Counted from the first letter of the stretch, positions 45,583 through 55,816 are shown. The stretch is 59,424 nt of DNA from Candidatus Micrarchaeota archaeon (GCA_021810455.1 JAJZIU010000002.1:1-59424); one strand, 5' to 3'. Made by a program: numbers and translations. The notes: generated from the letters alone by a model not told the origin.

Positions 45583-46603
45583 ACAGTCTGCCAAGACCAA
45601 GCCCTGATTCAGTTTTCCTTGAGTTTCCGAGAATCGAGGATCCAGTAACTCCAGTAAATATTGCTATTACTTCAGTGTTACTTGAGTATGAAGGATCAAG
45701 TCTTGCACCCCATATTACGTTTGCGTCACTAGCTATTTTTTCAGTGAGTTTTTCACCTATGCGCGTAGCTTCTCCCAAAGTCATATCTGAGCCACCAGTT
45801 ATGTGGAAAAGTATGCCTTTGGCATCTTCATAATTTACATCAAGCAATCTGTTATTTAGGGTGTCTTTTACAACATCCTCAACACGATTGTTCCCATTTG
45901 CACTACCTATGCTTATCATTGCAAGGCCACCGTGAGACATTATCTGTCGTATATCTGCGAAGTCTATGTTAACCATGCTGGGTTGTGTTATTGTTTCGGT
46001 TATACCACGCACAGCCTTTGCAGTTACCTCATCAGCTATCGAGAAGGTTTTTTCTATAGGGAGGTTTGGATACAGAGACACCAGTCTTTGGTTATCTATG
46101 ACTATTAGTGTGTCTATGTTTTCTCTGAGTTTTTCAATGCCTCTCCTTGCAGTTTCTAGTCGTACCCTTTCTAATGAGAAAGGCATCGTGACTATACCAA
46201 CCACTATGGCGCCGTTTTCTTTAGCTATCCTGGCAACCACCGGAGCTGCACCGGTACCGGTACCACCACCCATACCTGCAGTCAGAAATACGAGATTCAT
46301 GTCTTTGAGTAGCATGTCTATATTTTGTGATGAGAGTTCAGCGGCCTTTTCGCCAACTTCAGGATAACCACCAGCCCCGAAACCATGTGTTATCTCATTT
46401 CCTAACATTACTTTTGTGATATTGTCATTTAGCATGCCTAATTGTTTCGCGTCTGTATTGAAAGCGAATAGAGATGCACCTTTTATATCCATAGCGCTGA
46501 GCCTATGCACGGTGTTGTTTCCACCACCTCCCACTCCTACAACGCCTATCCTAGGCTTGAAGAAATCTTCATTTTCACCGAATTGCGTATTATTTTCGTA
46601 CAT
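45581..46603 (-). CDS. ftsZ: Cell division GTPase FtsZ
   Basis: GVGGGGNNTV and the tubulin signature GMGGGTGTGAAPVVA. The ORF is open to 46669, but ATG 46603 leaves a plausible divergent promoter region. Confidence 0.9.
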   Translation of the reverse strand: MYENNTQFGENEDFFKPRIGVVGVGGGGNNTVHRLSAMDIKGASLFAFNTDAKQLGMLNDNITKVMLGNEITHGFGAGGYPEVGEKAAELSSQNIDMLLKDMNLVFLTAGMGGGTGTGAAPVVARIAKENGAIVVGIVTMPFSLERVRLETARRGIEKLRENIDTLIVIDNQRLVSLYPNLPIEKTFSIADEVTAKAVRGITETITQPSMVNIDFADIRQIMSHGGLAMISIGSANGNNRVEDVVKDTLNNRLLDVNYEDAKGILFHITGGSDMTLGEATRIGEKLTEKIASDANVIWGARLDPSYSSNTEVIAIFTGVTGSSILGNSRKTESGLGLGRL

Positions 46604-46705
46604 TGTATTGGAATTATATGCAAAAGAATAAAATATCTCTCTTTTATCAGATATTGGCTTGTTCAGCATATATTTGGAGCGATTGGATTTTTTGTTGTGG
46701 TTAGC

Positions 46706-47410
46706 ATGAAAAACATAATGAAACTTGATAGAAGTGTCATAGTGTCATGTGATGTGAAATCTCTTAAAGAACTTGAAAATCTCATCAGATCAACAAATGA
46801 TGTAGAGAAAATAGGTGGTTACAAGGTTGGACCTTTGCTCACTATACCGTTTGGATTGAGAAACGTGTCTAAGATTATAAGAGACTATAGTGACCTTCCG
46901 ATAATATACGATCATCAGAAAGGTGGTACTGACATACCAGAGTTAGGAGAAGATTTCGTAGACGTGACAGTTTCATCTGGTGCTGATGCCATTATATTGT
47001 TCCCAATGTCTGGACCAAATACTGAGAAAGCGTGGATAGAAGCCTGCAATAACAAAGATGTGTGTGTGATCGTTGGAGGAGAGATGACACATCAAGGATA
47101 CAAAACAAGTGAGGGAGGTTATATATCTGATGAAGCATTGGATAGGATTTATACATTGGCAGCTGAATTAGGAGTAACAAATTATGTAGTTCCGGGGAAT
47201 AGGGTTGATAGGATTAAGCACTATTTGAGCCTATTGGAAAGCAAAGCAGATAGGATAGAACTGTTTTCTCCAGGGTTAATAACCCAGGGAGGTTCGATAA
47301 CTGATGCTGCACGTGCTGCGGGAAAGAGATGGCATGCGATAGTAGGTAGGTACATATATAGGGCAGAGGATATCAGAGCTGCTGCTATTGAAGCAACAAG
47401 CCAACTTTGA
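46706..47410 (+). CDS. Orotidine 5'-phosphate decarboxylase-like protein (OMPDC/HPS superfamily)
   Basis: VIVSCDVKSLKEL, IGGYKVG, PIIYDHQKGGTDIP (resembling the D-x-K-x-x-D-I-P motif), VVPG. The start is taken at MKNIMKLD (ATG 46706). A PyrF assignment is tentative. Confidence 0.5.
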   Translation: MKNIMKLDRSVIVSCDVKSLKELENLIRSTNDVEKIGGYKVGPLLTIPFGLRNVSKIIRDYSDLPIIYDHQKGGTDIPELGEDFVDVTVSSGADAIILFPMSGPNTEKAWIEACNNKDVCVIVGGEMTHQGYKTSEGGYISDEALDRIYTLAAELGVTNYVVPGNRVDRIKHYLSLLESKADRIELFSPGLITQGGSITDAARAAGKRWHAIVGRYIYRAEDIRAAAIEATSQL

Positions 47411-47464
47411 ATGTTCAGCAAAGATTTTTATTATATAACAGCCAATAAAGCCATATTAATAAGT

Positions 47465-47537
47465 GCGAGCGTAGTCTAGCCTGGTAGGACTTTGCCTTGC
47501 CAAGGCAAGAACCCGGGTTCAAATCCCGGCACTCGCA
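47465..47537 (+). tRNA. tRNA-Gly(GCC)
   Basis: Hand-folded cloverleaf. Acceptor GCGAGCG/CACTCGC (one C-A mismatch), D-arm GTCT/GGAC, anticodon loop TTGCCAA (GCC at 47499-47501), T-arm CCGGG-TTCAAAT-CCCGG. Confidence 0.85.
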
Positions 47538-47576
47538 TTTGATTTTTCATTTACTAAGAATAAGTAAGTTTTATCT

Positions 47577-48053
47577 ATGTGCGAGTTTGTCATAAGAAAG
47601 GGTACAGAAAAAGATTTTGGCGATGTACTTACTCAGATAAAAGAACTTGCGGAATTTGAAAAGGCACCGAATGCAGTGACAAATTCGATTAGTCAGATGA
47701 AACATGAAAAGAACTTATTTGATTTTTTTGTTGCTATACAGAAAGGAAAGATGATAGGATATGCACTGTACTTTTTCTCTTATTCCACATGGGTTGGGAA
47801 AAGCCTTTATCTGGAAGATATTTATGTAAGGCCAGAATGTAGGAATGTTAAGGTAGGAAGTAGATTATTGATGAAGGTGTTTGAAGTTGCAAGGAAAGAA
47901 AAATGTAAGAGGATACGCTGGCAGGTATTGAAATGGAACAAAACTGCGATAGAGTTTTACAAACGGTATGGGGCAGAAATACACCATGAATGGTTGAATT
48001 GTGACTTTGACGAAGAGGGAATAAAAGAAGTTCTAAGAAAAAATCAAAAATGA
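47577..48053 (+). CDS. GNAT-family N-acetyltransferase (diamine acetyltransferase-like)
   Basis: LYLEDIYVRPECRNVKVGSRLL (acetyl-CoA binding Q/RxxGxG/A-type motif) and NKTAIEFYKRYGA. Confidence 0.85.
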   Translation: MCEFVIRKGTEKDFGDVLTQIKELAEFEKAPNAVTNSISQMKHEKNLFDFFVAIQKGKMIGYALYFFSYSTWVGKSLYLEDIYVRPECRNVKVGSRLLMKVFEVARKEKCKRIRWQVLKWNKTAIEFYKRYGAEIHHEWLNCDFDEEGIKEVLRKNQK

Positions 48054-48066
48054 GAGCAGTTATCAT

Positions 48067-48558
48067 TTAAGTTTTCGTTTCTGAAAGTTGTACTTCCACT
48101 CTCCTATCAACATTGCTTGTGATAAAAACTTTAGTCGGATGAATCTTGAAGAATCTGAACTCCGCAGGTTCAAGATAATCATCGGGCCTATATCTTTGTG
48201 TTGGAGACATGTCAGAATCCGGGAACAGTTTTTCGCAATATAGATTTATCACCCCAGTTATTACATCTTTACCAACAACAGACGCAGTGGCTTCTGCTTG
48301 TATGCCTTCAGATAAACCTATTGCCTGTGTAGAATTGAATATTGCGATGCTTACTTGGGGATTTGAAGTTATGTTCTTTGCATGCACCGAATCTATTGCA
48401 GAAAGAAAATAGAAATCATAATTTTGATCATGGACATACAATATAGGAGATGCCCAAGGTTTTAATTTTTGATCAGAAGTTGCCAAAACCATATATTTAT
48501 TATTTTTTATAAGCTTTAATGCTAATTCTTTTTCTGTTATGTATTTTCCATCAGACAT
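48067..48558 (-). CDS. Pyridoxamine 5'-phosphate oxidase-like FMN-binding split-barrel protein
   Basis: YMVLATSDQKLKPWASPILYVHDQNYDFYFLS pattern typical of the PNPOx-like family. Confidence 0.65.
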   Translation of the reverse strand: MSDGKYITEKELALKLIKNNKYMVLATSDQKLKPWASPILYVHDQNYDFYFLSAIDSVHAKNITSNPQVSIAIFNSTQAIGLSEGIQAEATASVVGKDVITGVINLYCEKLFPDSDMSPTQRYRPDDYLEPAEFRFFKIHPTKVFITSNVDRRVEVQLSETKT

Positions 48559-48619
48559 CGATTCACCAAACAGATATGAACTCTAAGACAAAATTTAAAA
48601 AGGTGAGTACTTGGAACGC

Positions 48620-49837
48620 TCAATTTGGGAAAATATTGTTTATTATGAAATTCGGATCGTATCGTATAAGATCGTTATAACCTTCACCAGTACCAAAATA
48701 TAGTATAGGTATGCTAGTTTCACTTAGAATAGATAGCGTATTTCCGCCTTTTGCATCACAATCTAATTTTGTTAGAATTATGCCATCTATACCTATAGCG
48801 TTATTAAACTCTTTAACCTGTTCGAGTAAGGAATTACCAGTTATACTTTCTCCAACAAATAGTTTTAAGTTAGGCTTTGCCACACGGTTCATTTTTTTTA
48901 ATTCCTCAATGAGGCTTTTGTTTGTTTCCTGTCTTCCGGCACTGTCTATCAGCACGACGTCTATACCTCTTGCTTTTGCGTGTACTATGGCATCGAATGC
49001 GATGCTTGATGGATCTGAACCATACGCCCCTTTTACAACTTCGATTCCGAGTTTCTGCGCATGTATGGCAGTTTGCTCTATGGCTGCAGCTCTGAACGTG
49101 TCGCTTGCGGATAGAAGGCAGGTCAGATTATTTTCCATAAACATTTCGGCTATTTTTGCCATGGTGGTTGTCTTGCCAGCACCATTTGGACCTATGAATA
49201 ATATTTTGAACGGCGTCTCTCCGTTATTTTTTGAATTGGAAGCCAGTTGTAATAAGTCAACATTGCTACTTTTCATCAATACAGACAATATAGAATTTTT
49301 AATCATGGAATATAGTTCGGTTTCTATGTTCCTTGATTCTATAGTTTTGCCAGTAAGATCTCTTTTTATTGCGCTGAGTATTTTCTCTGCGGCTTCGTAA
49401 TTGACATCAGATTGAAGAAGTTCTAAATGGAGTTTTTCGATGAATGGTTCAACATCATTCTCGGATATTTTTACTTTGCCAACAAGTACACTTTTTATTT
49501 TTGTACTTATTCCGACTTTGGCTGCGGACTGATTTTGTATAGGTCTTGGTTCTTTTGATTTTTCCACGATTTTTTGAGGCTCGGTTTGTGGTTTAAGTTC
49601 TTTTGGTTTTGCAATAGTTGGTTTCTCATATTTTTCTGGTTCCTTTGTTTTTGAAATTTTCGGCTCTTCTTTTTGGATCTCTTGTTCTTTGACAGAAGGT
49701 TTAGGCAGTACTTGTTCTTCAATTGACTTTGATTCCACAATTTGTGTCTCTTTAGCTTCCTCTTCGACCTTTTCTTCCTCTTTCTTGGAAAGTGAGTTTA
49801 CAAAGCTTGAGAATTTCTTTTTTAGACCTTCAAACAT
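48620..49837 (-). CDS. ftsY: Signal recognition particle receptor FtsY
   Basis: Lys/Glu/Pro-rich acidic-basic N-terminus, NG domain with GPNGAGKTTT, DTFRAAA, DSAGRQ, TKLD. Confidence 0.9.
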   Translation of the reverse strand: MFEGLKKKFSSFVNSLSKKEEEKVEEEAKETQIVESKSIEEQVLPKPSVKEQEIQKEEPKISKTKEPEKYEKPTIAKPKELKPQTEPQKIVEKSKEPRPIQNQSAAKVGISTKIKSVLVGKVKISENDVEPFIEKLHLELLQSDVNYEAAEKILSAIKRDLTGKTIESRNIETELYSMIKNSILSVLMKSSNVDLLQLASNSKNNGETPFKILFIGPNGAGKTTTMAKIAEMFMENNLTCLLSASDTFRAAAIEQTAIHAQKLGIEVVKGAYGSDPSSIAFDAIVHAKARGIDVVLIDSAGRQETNKSLIEELKKMNRVAKPNLKLFVGESITGNSLLEQVKEFNNAIGIDGIILTKLDCDAKGGNTLSILSETSIPILYFGTGEGYNDLIRYDPNFIINNIFPN

Positions 49838-49848
49838 TCAAATACCCA

Positions 49849-50265
49849 TCACTGCATCAAGGAAAGTTTGTAGGATATATCAACGAGCTCATTCTGGAGT
49901 CTCTGTTTCTCAGTAACAAGTTTTTTTATAACATCTTCGTTTTTCTTACTACTTTCCGAAACAAACACAGTTGCTTCTTCTACATTCTTTTCTACAAGAT
50001 AACCTGCACCTATGTAAGTTATCACTTTGTTTATTGATTTTATTGATGCTTCTATGTAGGTGCCACCATCACAATTTATAAGAGTGTTAGAATTCTCTAG
50101 TTTTTTTATGTTATCAAGCATTAACTTGCTGTTGGAGAGCGAATTTAGAGCCATAGAGTAGTTGGCTATCTCATTTTCTACTATTTCGTACTGTTGTGAG
50201 TAAACGTTTTGTAGATATCTAAGTTGCATGACAGCTTCGGATGTGTCTGTCTTATTGATTTCCAT
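49849..50265 (-). CDS. pfdA: Prefoldin alpha subunit
   Basis: 138 aa with a coiled coil / beta-hairpins / coiled coil layout, in the conserved position between aIF6 and FtsY. Confidence 0.75.
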   Translation of the reverse strand: MEINKTDTSEAVMQLRYLQNVYSQQYEIVENEIANYSMALNSLSNSKLMLDNIKKLENSNTLINCDGGTYIEASIKSINKVITYIGAGYLVEKNVEEATVFVSESSKKNEDVIKKLVTEKQRLQNELVDISYKLSLMQ

Positions 50266-50327
50266 TTATATCACAAATATAATCAATCACGGATTTATAA
50301 ATTTGTCTACAATGAACATTATCTGGA

Positions 50328-51002
50328 TTATAAACCAAGAGCATTGGACATGTTAGCAAGCTCGTATCCAGTAGTTTCACTTCCTGTTAACAAACCATTA
50401 GAATTTGCAGAAACACATATTCCGATATGAACAGATCCCAGATTTGCAGTGGATTGCTCTACATTTCCGAAAATTTTTTTAAGTTCGTCAATCTCTTCTT
50501 CTGTTGCCTTATTGTTTACAACCATCCCCTTGTTAGTTAATACGTTGTTTGCACCTACTGTGTTATAACCGCCGATCGAGATGCGTATTATTTCAGTGTC
50601 AAGAGCATCACGTATCTTTTTTTCATCATTTTTACTAAATTCAGGATTTATCAGGGATATTTTATCGTTTGATAGTATGTTATTACCAAGTGCATTTAAC
50701 TCTGAATTTATAACAGCGATGTTGATATCTTGAAGCTCTTGTTTTATTCTTTGTAACTCATCCTTGTATAAAAGATCCGGTAGCAGTAAGGACCTGGAGT
50801 TAGAGCGCGAGTATATGCCAACCAGATTAGAGCCATTTATACTCAATCTTGCAACATTAGTTTTTAGTGTGTCTTTTACTATGTGTTCGATGTTTAGAGT
50901 TATGTCATTGCCAATTATGGTGAATTGATCAGATGCGAGTACGAATGCGCCCACATAGCTATTCCCATTTATATCGATTTTTGTTATTCCCATAGTCAGC
51001 AC
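50328..51002 (-). CDS. eif6: Translation initiation factor 6 (aIF6)
   Basis: Pentein repeats, INGNSYVGAFVLASDQFTIIG, and SVHIGICVSANSNGLLTG. Confidence 0.9.
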   Translation of the reverse strand: MLTMGITKIDINGNSYVGAFVLASDQFTIIGNDITLNIEHIVKDTLKTNVARLSINGSNLVGIYSRSNSRSLLLPDLLYKDELQRIKQELQDINIAVINSELNALGNNILSNDKISLINPEFSKNDEKKIRDALDTEIIRISIGGYNTVGANNVLTNKGMVVNNKATEEEIDELKKIFGNVEQSTANLGSVHIGICVSANSNGLLTGSETTGYELANMSNALGL

Positions 51003-51052
51003 TTGGAAAATAGAAGGAGCATGTGAAGGCGTGAGCTCTGATATTTGTTGTG

Positions 51053-51478
51053 TTACGCCTTCTTCTCTTCCGATTGTTCTTCTACATTTTTACTGTTTTG
51101 CTGTTTTTGTGACTTTGTATTTTTTACAGGCTTTTTTGTACTGTTTTCAGTGTTTTGCAATTGCTGTTTTTCTTCCTTTTTAGGTTGTTTTTGTGTTTGT
51201 TGTTCCTTTAGAGTTGCAGAAACTTTGTTCTTCATTTCCGCAGGAAGATCAAGCACAAGTTTCTGACCATTCTTCTCTGCATTTATTTTTATTTTGCTCA
51301 TGCTTGAAACATTTTGCATTATATAACTGTTCAATCCGGTAGTTATGCTTATGTTCTGCTCGTTTTCATTTAAGAAACGCGCAGTATGGCCTTTGACAAG
51401 AGCAACAGCATTTCCTACTCTTTTTGCCCCATGTTTACTTAACAACTTGTGCCTCAGATTTATGGTCATTATTGCCAT
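51053..51478 (-). CDS. rpl31e: Ribosomal protein L31e with Lys/Gln-rich C-terminal extension
   Basis: N-terminal ~85 aa resemble L31e (TINLRHKLLSKHGAKRVGNAVALVKGHTARFL). A ~55-aa K/Q/E-rich tail follows. Confidence 0.75.
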   Translation of the reverse strand: MAIMTINLRHKLLSKHGAKRVGNAVALVKGHTARFLNENEQNISITTGLNSYIMQNVSSMSKIKINAEKNGQKLVLDLPAEMKNKVSATLKEQQTQKQPKKEEKQQLQNTENSTKKPVKNTKSQKQQNSKNVEEQSEEKKA

Positions 51479-51610
51479 TTAATCACTTATCCTAAGTTTT
51501 CTTCGCCTCCAATCGCGTTGGAACTTGTTGTACTGTACACGCCTGTGTGTCCTAAGCATTGCGAGTACCGGTATCCTCTTGTTCTGTTTTAACTTGTTTC
51601 CAAGTCGCAT
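51479..51610 (-). CDS. rpl39e: Ribosomal protein L39e
   Basis: Not in the ORF track because it is only 43 aa. Hand translation gives MRLGNKLKQNKRIPVLAMLRTHRRVQYNKFQRDWRRRKLRISD, matching the L39e pattern. It sits between the PDCD5-like gene and L31e as in other archaea. Confidence 0.85.
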   Translation of the reverse strand: MRLGNKLKQNKRIPVLAMLRTHRRVQYNKFQRDWRRRKLRISD

Positions 51611-51641
51611 TTTTTTCAATTTGCTTTTCTTGCTCATAAAA

Positions 51642-51953
51642 TCACTTATGTTTTATTTCGATTTTAGGTTCTGGTCTGAACGTAAGTCTTGCCAGAAGAT
51701 CCTTAAGTTGAGTTTCATTTATTTTGGAGCCTAATTTGTTGCTTTGTGCCATCGAAATTATAAGATCGAGAAGCTGGGAATACAGTTGCGGGTTCGAGAT
51801 TCTCACATTCATCAGTCTTTCGTAAGCATCCGGAGTCATATATCTTTTTACTATTTCTTTCTTTTGCTGTTCTATCTGCATTGCCCTTATACGTTTAGAG
51901 TAAGCCTTCCTTATCCTGTCTTCATCTTGCTGTTCTTCAGCCATTTTATGCAC
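51642..51953 (-). CDS. PDCD5/TFAR19-like dsDNA-binding protein
   Basis: MQIEQQKKEIVKRYMTPDAYERLMNVRISNPQLYSQLLDLII pattern, in the conserved position after S19e. Confidence 0.8.
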   Translation of the reverse strand: MHKMAEEQQDEDRIRKAYSKRIRAMQIEQQKKEIVKRYMTPDAYERLMNVRISNPQLYSQLLDLIISMAQSNKLGSKINETQLKDLLARLTFRPEPKIEIKHK

Positions 51954-52362
51954 TCTTCTTTATACTTTCAGCGGTCTTATCCATAAGCGATCTTCCAGAA
52001 GGGGTGATTACTCTTCCTGATTTTGTTTTTTTGATATAGCCTGATTTCTCAAGTGTGTCAAAAGCGTCTTTTATTATGCTACCCCCCGACCTTACATGAT
52101 GATGCCTATGTACGACATGTCTTTTCCTATTGCCATATCTTGTCCTTAGGCGAGATATGCCTATCGGACCGTTGAAATAAACCTGTCTTAATATAGAAGC
52201 ACATCTAGTGTACCAGAAATCTGGGCTCGTCGGGACTCTATCTTTACCAGCGCCGGTTTTAACAAGACCGACATATGCAGGTTTTTGTATTCCTGTCTCT
52301 TTTAGTTTATCTGCGAGTTTGTTTACAAGCTCTGACGTATCAACTTCATTTATGTTTGCCAT
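51946..52362 (-). CDS. rps19e: Ribosomal protein S19e
   Basis: PDFWYTRCASILRQVY, GISRLRTRYG, GSIIKDAFDTLEKSGYI. Confidence 0.9.
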   Translation of the reverse strand: MANINEVDTSELVNKLADKLKETGIQKPAYVGLVKTGAGKDRVPTSPDFWYTRCASILRQVYFNGPIGISRLRTRYGNRKRHVVHRHHHVRSGGSIIKDAFDTLEKSGYIKKTKSGRVITPSGRSLMDKTAESIKKSA

Positions 52363-52561
52363 CTCTGCACCACGAATTTAGCAGTATTATGAGCTAATTA
52401 AGGTATTTATTTGTTTGCTATCTAGAATAGAGCTAGAATATTTAGCTTTCTAAAGTCGCATACCTTAAGTAACAACTAAAGTATACATCAGAAAACTATT
52501 TAAAAGATTTATCTCATGTATACTCTGTGATTGCCTGAAATACAGACGCTCAGAGAAACAT

Positions 52562-54226
52562 GTGAAGACTATTAAGAAAACAAAAAACGGGAAAAAGAAC
52601 AGCAATCCATACGTTTTGATAGTTGCAGTGTTGCTTTTTGCAATAGTGATTAACGCTGCGGTTTACGCGTTTTCGCATATTGAAGGTCCGAGTACCTATG
52701 GAGATGATGCAAATTATTTGTGGTTGGCAAATTCCGTTGACAATGGGAGTTTCCTCATAAATCCAGGTTACATATTTTCAGTAAGGCTAATGCAGTTTAT
52801 GCCTATCGCCTTATTTTACAAGATCTTCGGATTTACGCTTGTAGGAGCAACGTTTTGGGACATTATGGCATACATTGGCGGTATATTAGTAACATTCATG
52901 ATTGGAAAATTTATTTACGGTTATAAAGAAGCGCTTTTAGGTGCATTTTTGTTTAGCATATTCCCGGTTGTTACAAAATTTGCAGTGAACACAGGGGAAG
53001 ATGTACCGCTAACATTTGTCTCAGGGTTGACGATTTTGATGTTTCTGTACGGTGAAAGATTCCAGGGTTTAAAAGGCAGAATACCTTATCTTGTTAGTGG
53101 GATTTTACTTGTTGTTGCATGGCTTATAGGTTATGAAGCAGGGATAATAATTGCGTTTGTGTTGTTATACGGCTTTATTGAATTGTTTAGAAGGAAGATT
53201 ATTATTGATGGAAAGGCCTTGTTCTTCGTTTATGGAATTATACTTGCATTTGTAGTTACCTTCGTGTTTAGTTACCTGAATTCGCATCTTGCTTTTGCCA
53301 CAATAACCGTGAATAATAGGTTTTATAGTGCGATAGGATCTAAGGTAAATAACTTACCGACCATACCTACTGCTAACCAGAATCTTGACTTTTACTTAGA
53401 GGGCATGTTCCCTTACGGAATTGTAAATATTCTTCTGCATGGTGGAGGCTTAGGCAACGCAGTACACACAGTTTATAATGAAGTACTGACATTGCCAGCG
53501 AATGATAGTGATTTCGGAGTATACTTCTATCTTTTCGTTATATTTGCAATTGTCCTACTACTGTATAGAGACAGGAGTTCGTATTTTTTCCTTGCATGGT
53601 TTGGTGTGGCATTTGCACTCCTAGAGTTCGGACCGATGCATGTTGGATTAGGTTTGAACCCCATACACGTAACATACATACTTGCGCATAGATTGAGAAG
53701 ATTCTTGATGATACTTGCCATACCGTTGGTTCTTGTTGTTTCTAGAGGAATGTTTGCGCTAATAAAGCCAAAAAACAGGTATTTCAGATTTGTAGGTTTC
53801 GCTGTGTTCTTGACATTGATAGTTTTCATATATCTCACAAGTTCACTGCTTACTAATTTCTGGTATTATTTGCAAGAACAACAGAATGGCAGCACTCTGG
53901 CCGCTGGTACATACATCAGAAGCCTGGGAAGTAATGTCACAGTTTATGTGGAGGATATGCAGGGGCCCATAATAACAGCACAGGGGTCAGATTTTCCAGC
54001 TTTTGCAGGAAGACCACAGAGTCAGAACATAGTGAATGTTAATAGTACCGAACTTTGTTCGGCTTATAACCCAGGCAGTTACGTCGTGTGGAATGGTACG
54101 AAAGAATGTAGCAATTGGATAAATGTATATAATATAAGTGTAACAAATCTTAATCAAAAAACAATAAATGAAATCGGATGGTATCAGATACCTTATAGTC
54201 CTACTAATGTCTATAGAGTTGGGTAG
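52562..54226 (+). CDS. GT-C fold glycosyltransferase (ArnT/PMT_2-like, polyprenyl-phosphate-sugar dependent)
   Basis: 554 aa with more than 10 predicted TM helices. Acidic motif YGDDANYLW in the first external loop, and a soluble C-terminal domain. No WWDYG, so it is not AglB. GTG start. Confidence 0.6.
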   Translation: MKTIKKTKNGKKNSNPYVLIVAVLLFAIVINAAVYAFSHIEGPSTYGDDANYLWLANSVDNGSFLINPGYIFSVRLMQFMPIALFYKIFGFTLVGATFWDIMAYIGGILVTFMIGKFIYGYKEALLGAFLFSIFPVVTKFAVNTGEDVPLTFVSGLTILMFLYGERFQGLKGRIPYLVSGILLVVAWLIGYEAGIIIAFVLLYGFIELFRRKIIIDGKALFFVYGIILAFVVTFVFSYLNSHLAFATITVNNRFYSAIGSKVNNLPTIPTANQNLDFYLEGMFPYGIVNILLHGGGLGNAVHTVYNEVLTLPANDSDFGVYFYLFVIFAIVLLLYRDRSSYFFLAWFGVAFALLEFGPMHVGLGLNPIHVTYILAHRLRRFLMILAIPLVLVVSRGMFALIKPKNRYFRFVGFAVFLTLIVFIYLTSSLLTNFWYYLQEQQNGSTLAAGTYIRSLGSNVTVYVEDMQGPIITAQGSDFPAFAGRPQSQNIVNVNSTELCSAYNPGSYVVWNGTKECSNWINVYNISVTNLNQKTINEIGWYQIPYSPTNVYRVG

Positions 54227-55816
54227 ATGGGAATTTCAAATAGAATGTTTGTTTTAGCGATGATTGTCTGGGTTTTTGCAACGGGTAGTTTTTTTGCCCA
54301 ATCATGCAACTACAATATAATGGGAAACAACAATTCAGAATACACATATTCGAATTGTTCTACCATAACTGTGAATTTTGGATCAGGAGCGATGAACAAC
54401 AGTTTCAGCTGTAATAATAGCAGGACAATTAAACTAACTTCAGCGATTTTTGGAAATGGAACTTACAACAACACTATTTACAATTGTACATACTCTAATG
54501 CAAAAATATACGTAATGCACAACTCATCCAACAACCTCATAGGGAATGAGGGCAACAGATCCTTGATTTTTGCTGACAACGAATCTAGTATTGCAGAAGG
54601 CTACTACTTTAAATTTGTGTCTTTAAACAGGCAAGGGAAAACAGGAATAGAGGGTTTTGCGGCGCTGTTCCCATATGCACTAGAGGTATATAGCAATAGA
54701 GCAGCTAATGACCAAGACATAACACTTAATTTCTTGAGACAGATAGCTAATAATAACAATTATATGATGCCTAGATTTGGATATTATATACCGGGACCTG
54801 TTGGAGCAGGCAATGTTTCGTTTGCAGTTGAAAAAGAACTTATTTATAAGAACAAGAATGTTAATTTCAATCCCTATTGGTTTATAGTGCCGTATTGGGG
54901 TCATGACATACTCTCATTCAAGGAGTTTAATATAACTGGCAATATGAATTACACGCCAACATTTGTTGTGCCAGATATGGCAGAATGGTATCAGATGCCG
55001 GATAATGCAAATGTATACTGGAATTATACCGTTATAAAATACAGCAATGCGCCAAACATGACTGCGTATTTGTGGAAAGGTTGGCAAGCATCTCCAAACG
55101 GAAGCATAATATACACAGTTGGAAACATTACCAATGAAACGATACGTTTTGATAGGGGAAGGCAAACATTAGGGATACACGAAACTATAGCTGTTCTTAA
55201 GTCCCCTAGTGTTGGAGAGCAAGACAATTCTACAACTGAAACTTATTCTGTAGGGCTTTCAGCATGCACCGTAATACCTTTGAATATGTCAGGATATTAT
55301 TCGATGAATGTACATGAATTATACCTTCCCGGGATATTTCAACCGACAAATAAGACATGCGATTACGCAGTTACTGTTGATATAAGCAATGTTACAATAA
55401 ATTGTAAAGGGGGAGTAATAAATTCTACGAAACAGAGCATACAAGTTTTTGACTCTAAAAATGTTAACTTTGAGAATTGCAATATTGAAGGAAATGCATT
55501 TAACTTGTATAATTCGAGTGTGGAAGTTATTAACTCGAGTGTGAAAGCAGATTATCACAATAACACTTTAGTTTCAGGAATGCTGTCAAACATAACTTTT
55601 GTTTACACAAAGATAAACGGATACAATTACACACCAGAATCAAATCAGACATTAAAGATATTATATGATAATAAGTTGGTGCGTAGCACTACAAAAGCAG
55701 TTAGCACTGCGGGAGTTTCGTTTAAGCCAGCTTATTATGCGTTGGGAGCATTCATTTGCATGGTAATCATAAGTGCAATAGTTTATCTTGCGATGGTTAA
55801 AACGTTGAAGCTTTAG
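54227..55816 (+). CDS. Secreted, C-terminally anchored sequon-rich protein with probable right-handed beta-helix segment
   Basis: Signal peptide (MFVLAMIVWVFATGSFFAQS) and very many N-x-S/T sequons. Repeats resembling beta-helix turns (NVTINCKGGVINS..., NVNFENCNIEGNAFNLYNSSVEVINSSV). C-terminal TM. The ATG directly follows the stop of the GT-C gene. Confidence 0.5.
   Translation: MGISNRMFVLAMIVWVFATGSFFAQSCNYNIMGNNNSEYTYSNCSTITVNFGSGAMNNSFSCNNSRTIKLTSAIFGNGTYNNTIYNCTYSNAKIYVMHNSSNNLIGNEGNRSLIFADNESSIAEGYYFKFVSLNRQGKTGIEGFAALFPYALEVYSNRAANDQDITLNFLRQIANNNNYMMPRFGYYIPGPVGAGNVSFAVEKELIYKNKNVNFNPYWFIVPYWGHDILSFKEFNITGNMNYTPTFVVPDMAEWYQMPDNANVYWNYTVIKYSNAPNMTAYLWKGWQASPNGSIIYTVGNITNETIRFDRGRQTLGIHETIAVLKSPSVGEQDNSTTETYSVGLSACTVIPLNMSGYYSMNVHELYLPGIFQPTNKTCDYAVTVDISNVTINCKGGVINSTKQSIQVFDSKNVNFENCNIEGNAFNLYNSSVEVINSSVKADYHNNTLVSGMLSNITFVYTKINGYNYTPESNQTLKILYDNKLVRSTTKAVSTAGVSFKPAYYALGAFICMVIISAIVYLAMVKTLKL

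Noticed and set aside
46505-46705. 67-aa N-terminal extension of the OMPDC-like gene.
   Set aside because: It would overlap the ftsZ 5' region on the opposite strand, and the sequence is hydrophobic junk. The conserved domain begins right after ATG 46706.
52562-54226. Oligosaccharyltransferase AglB.
   Set aside because: The polytopic GT-C topology is present, but there is no WWDYG motif and the C-terminal domain is short. It is better described as ArnT/PMT-like.
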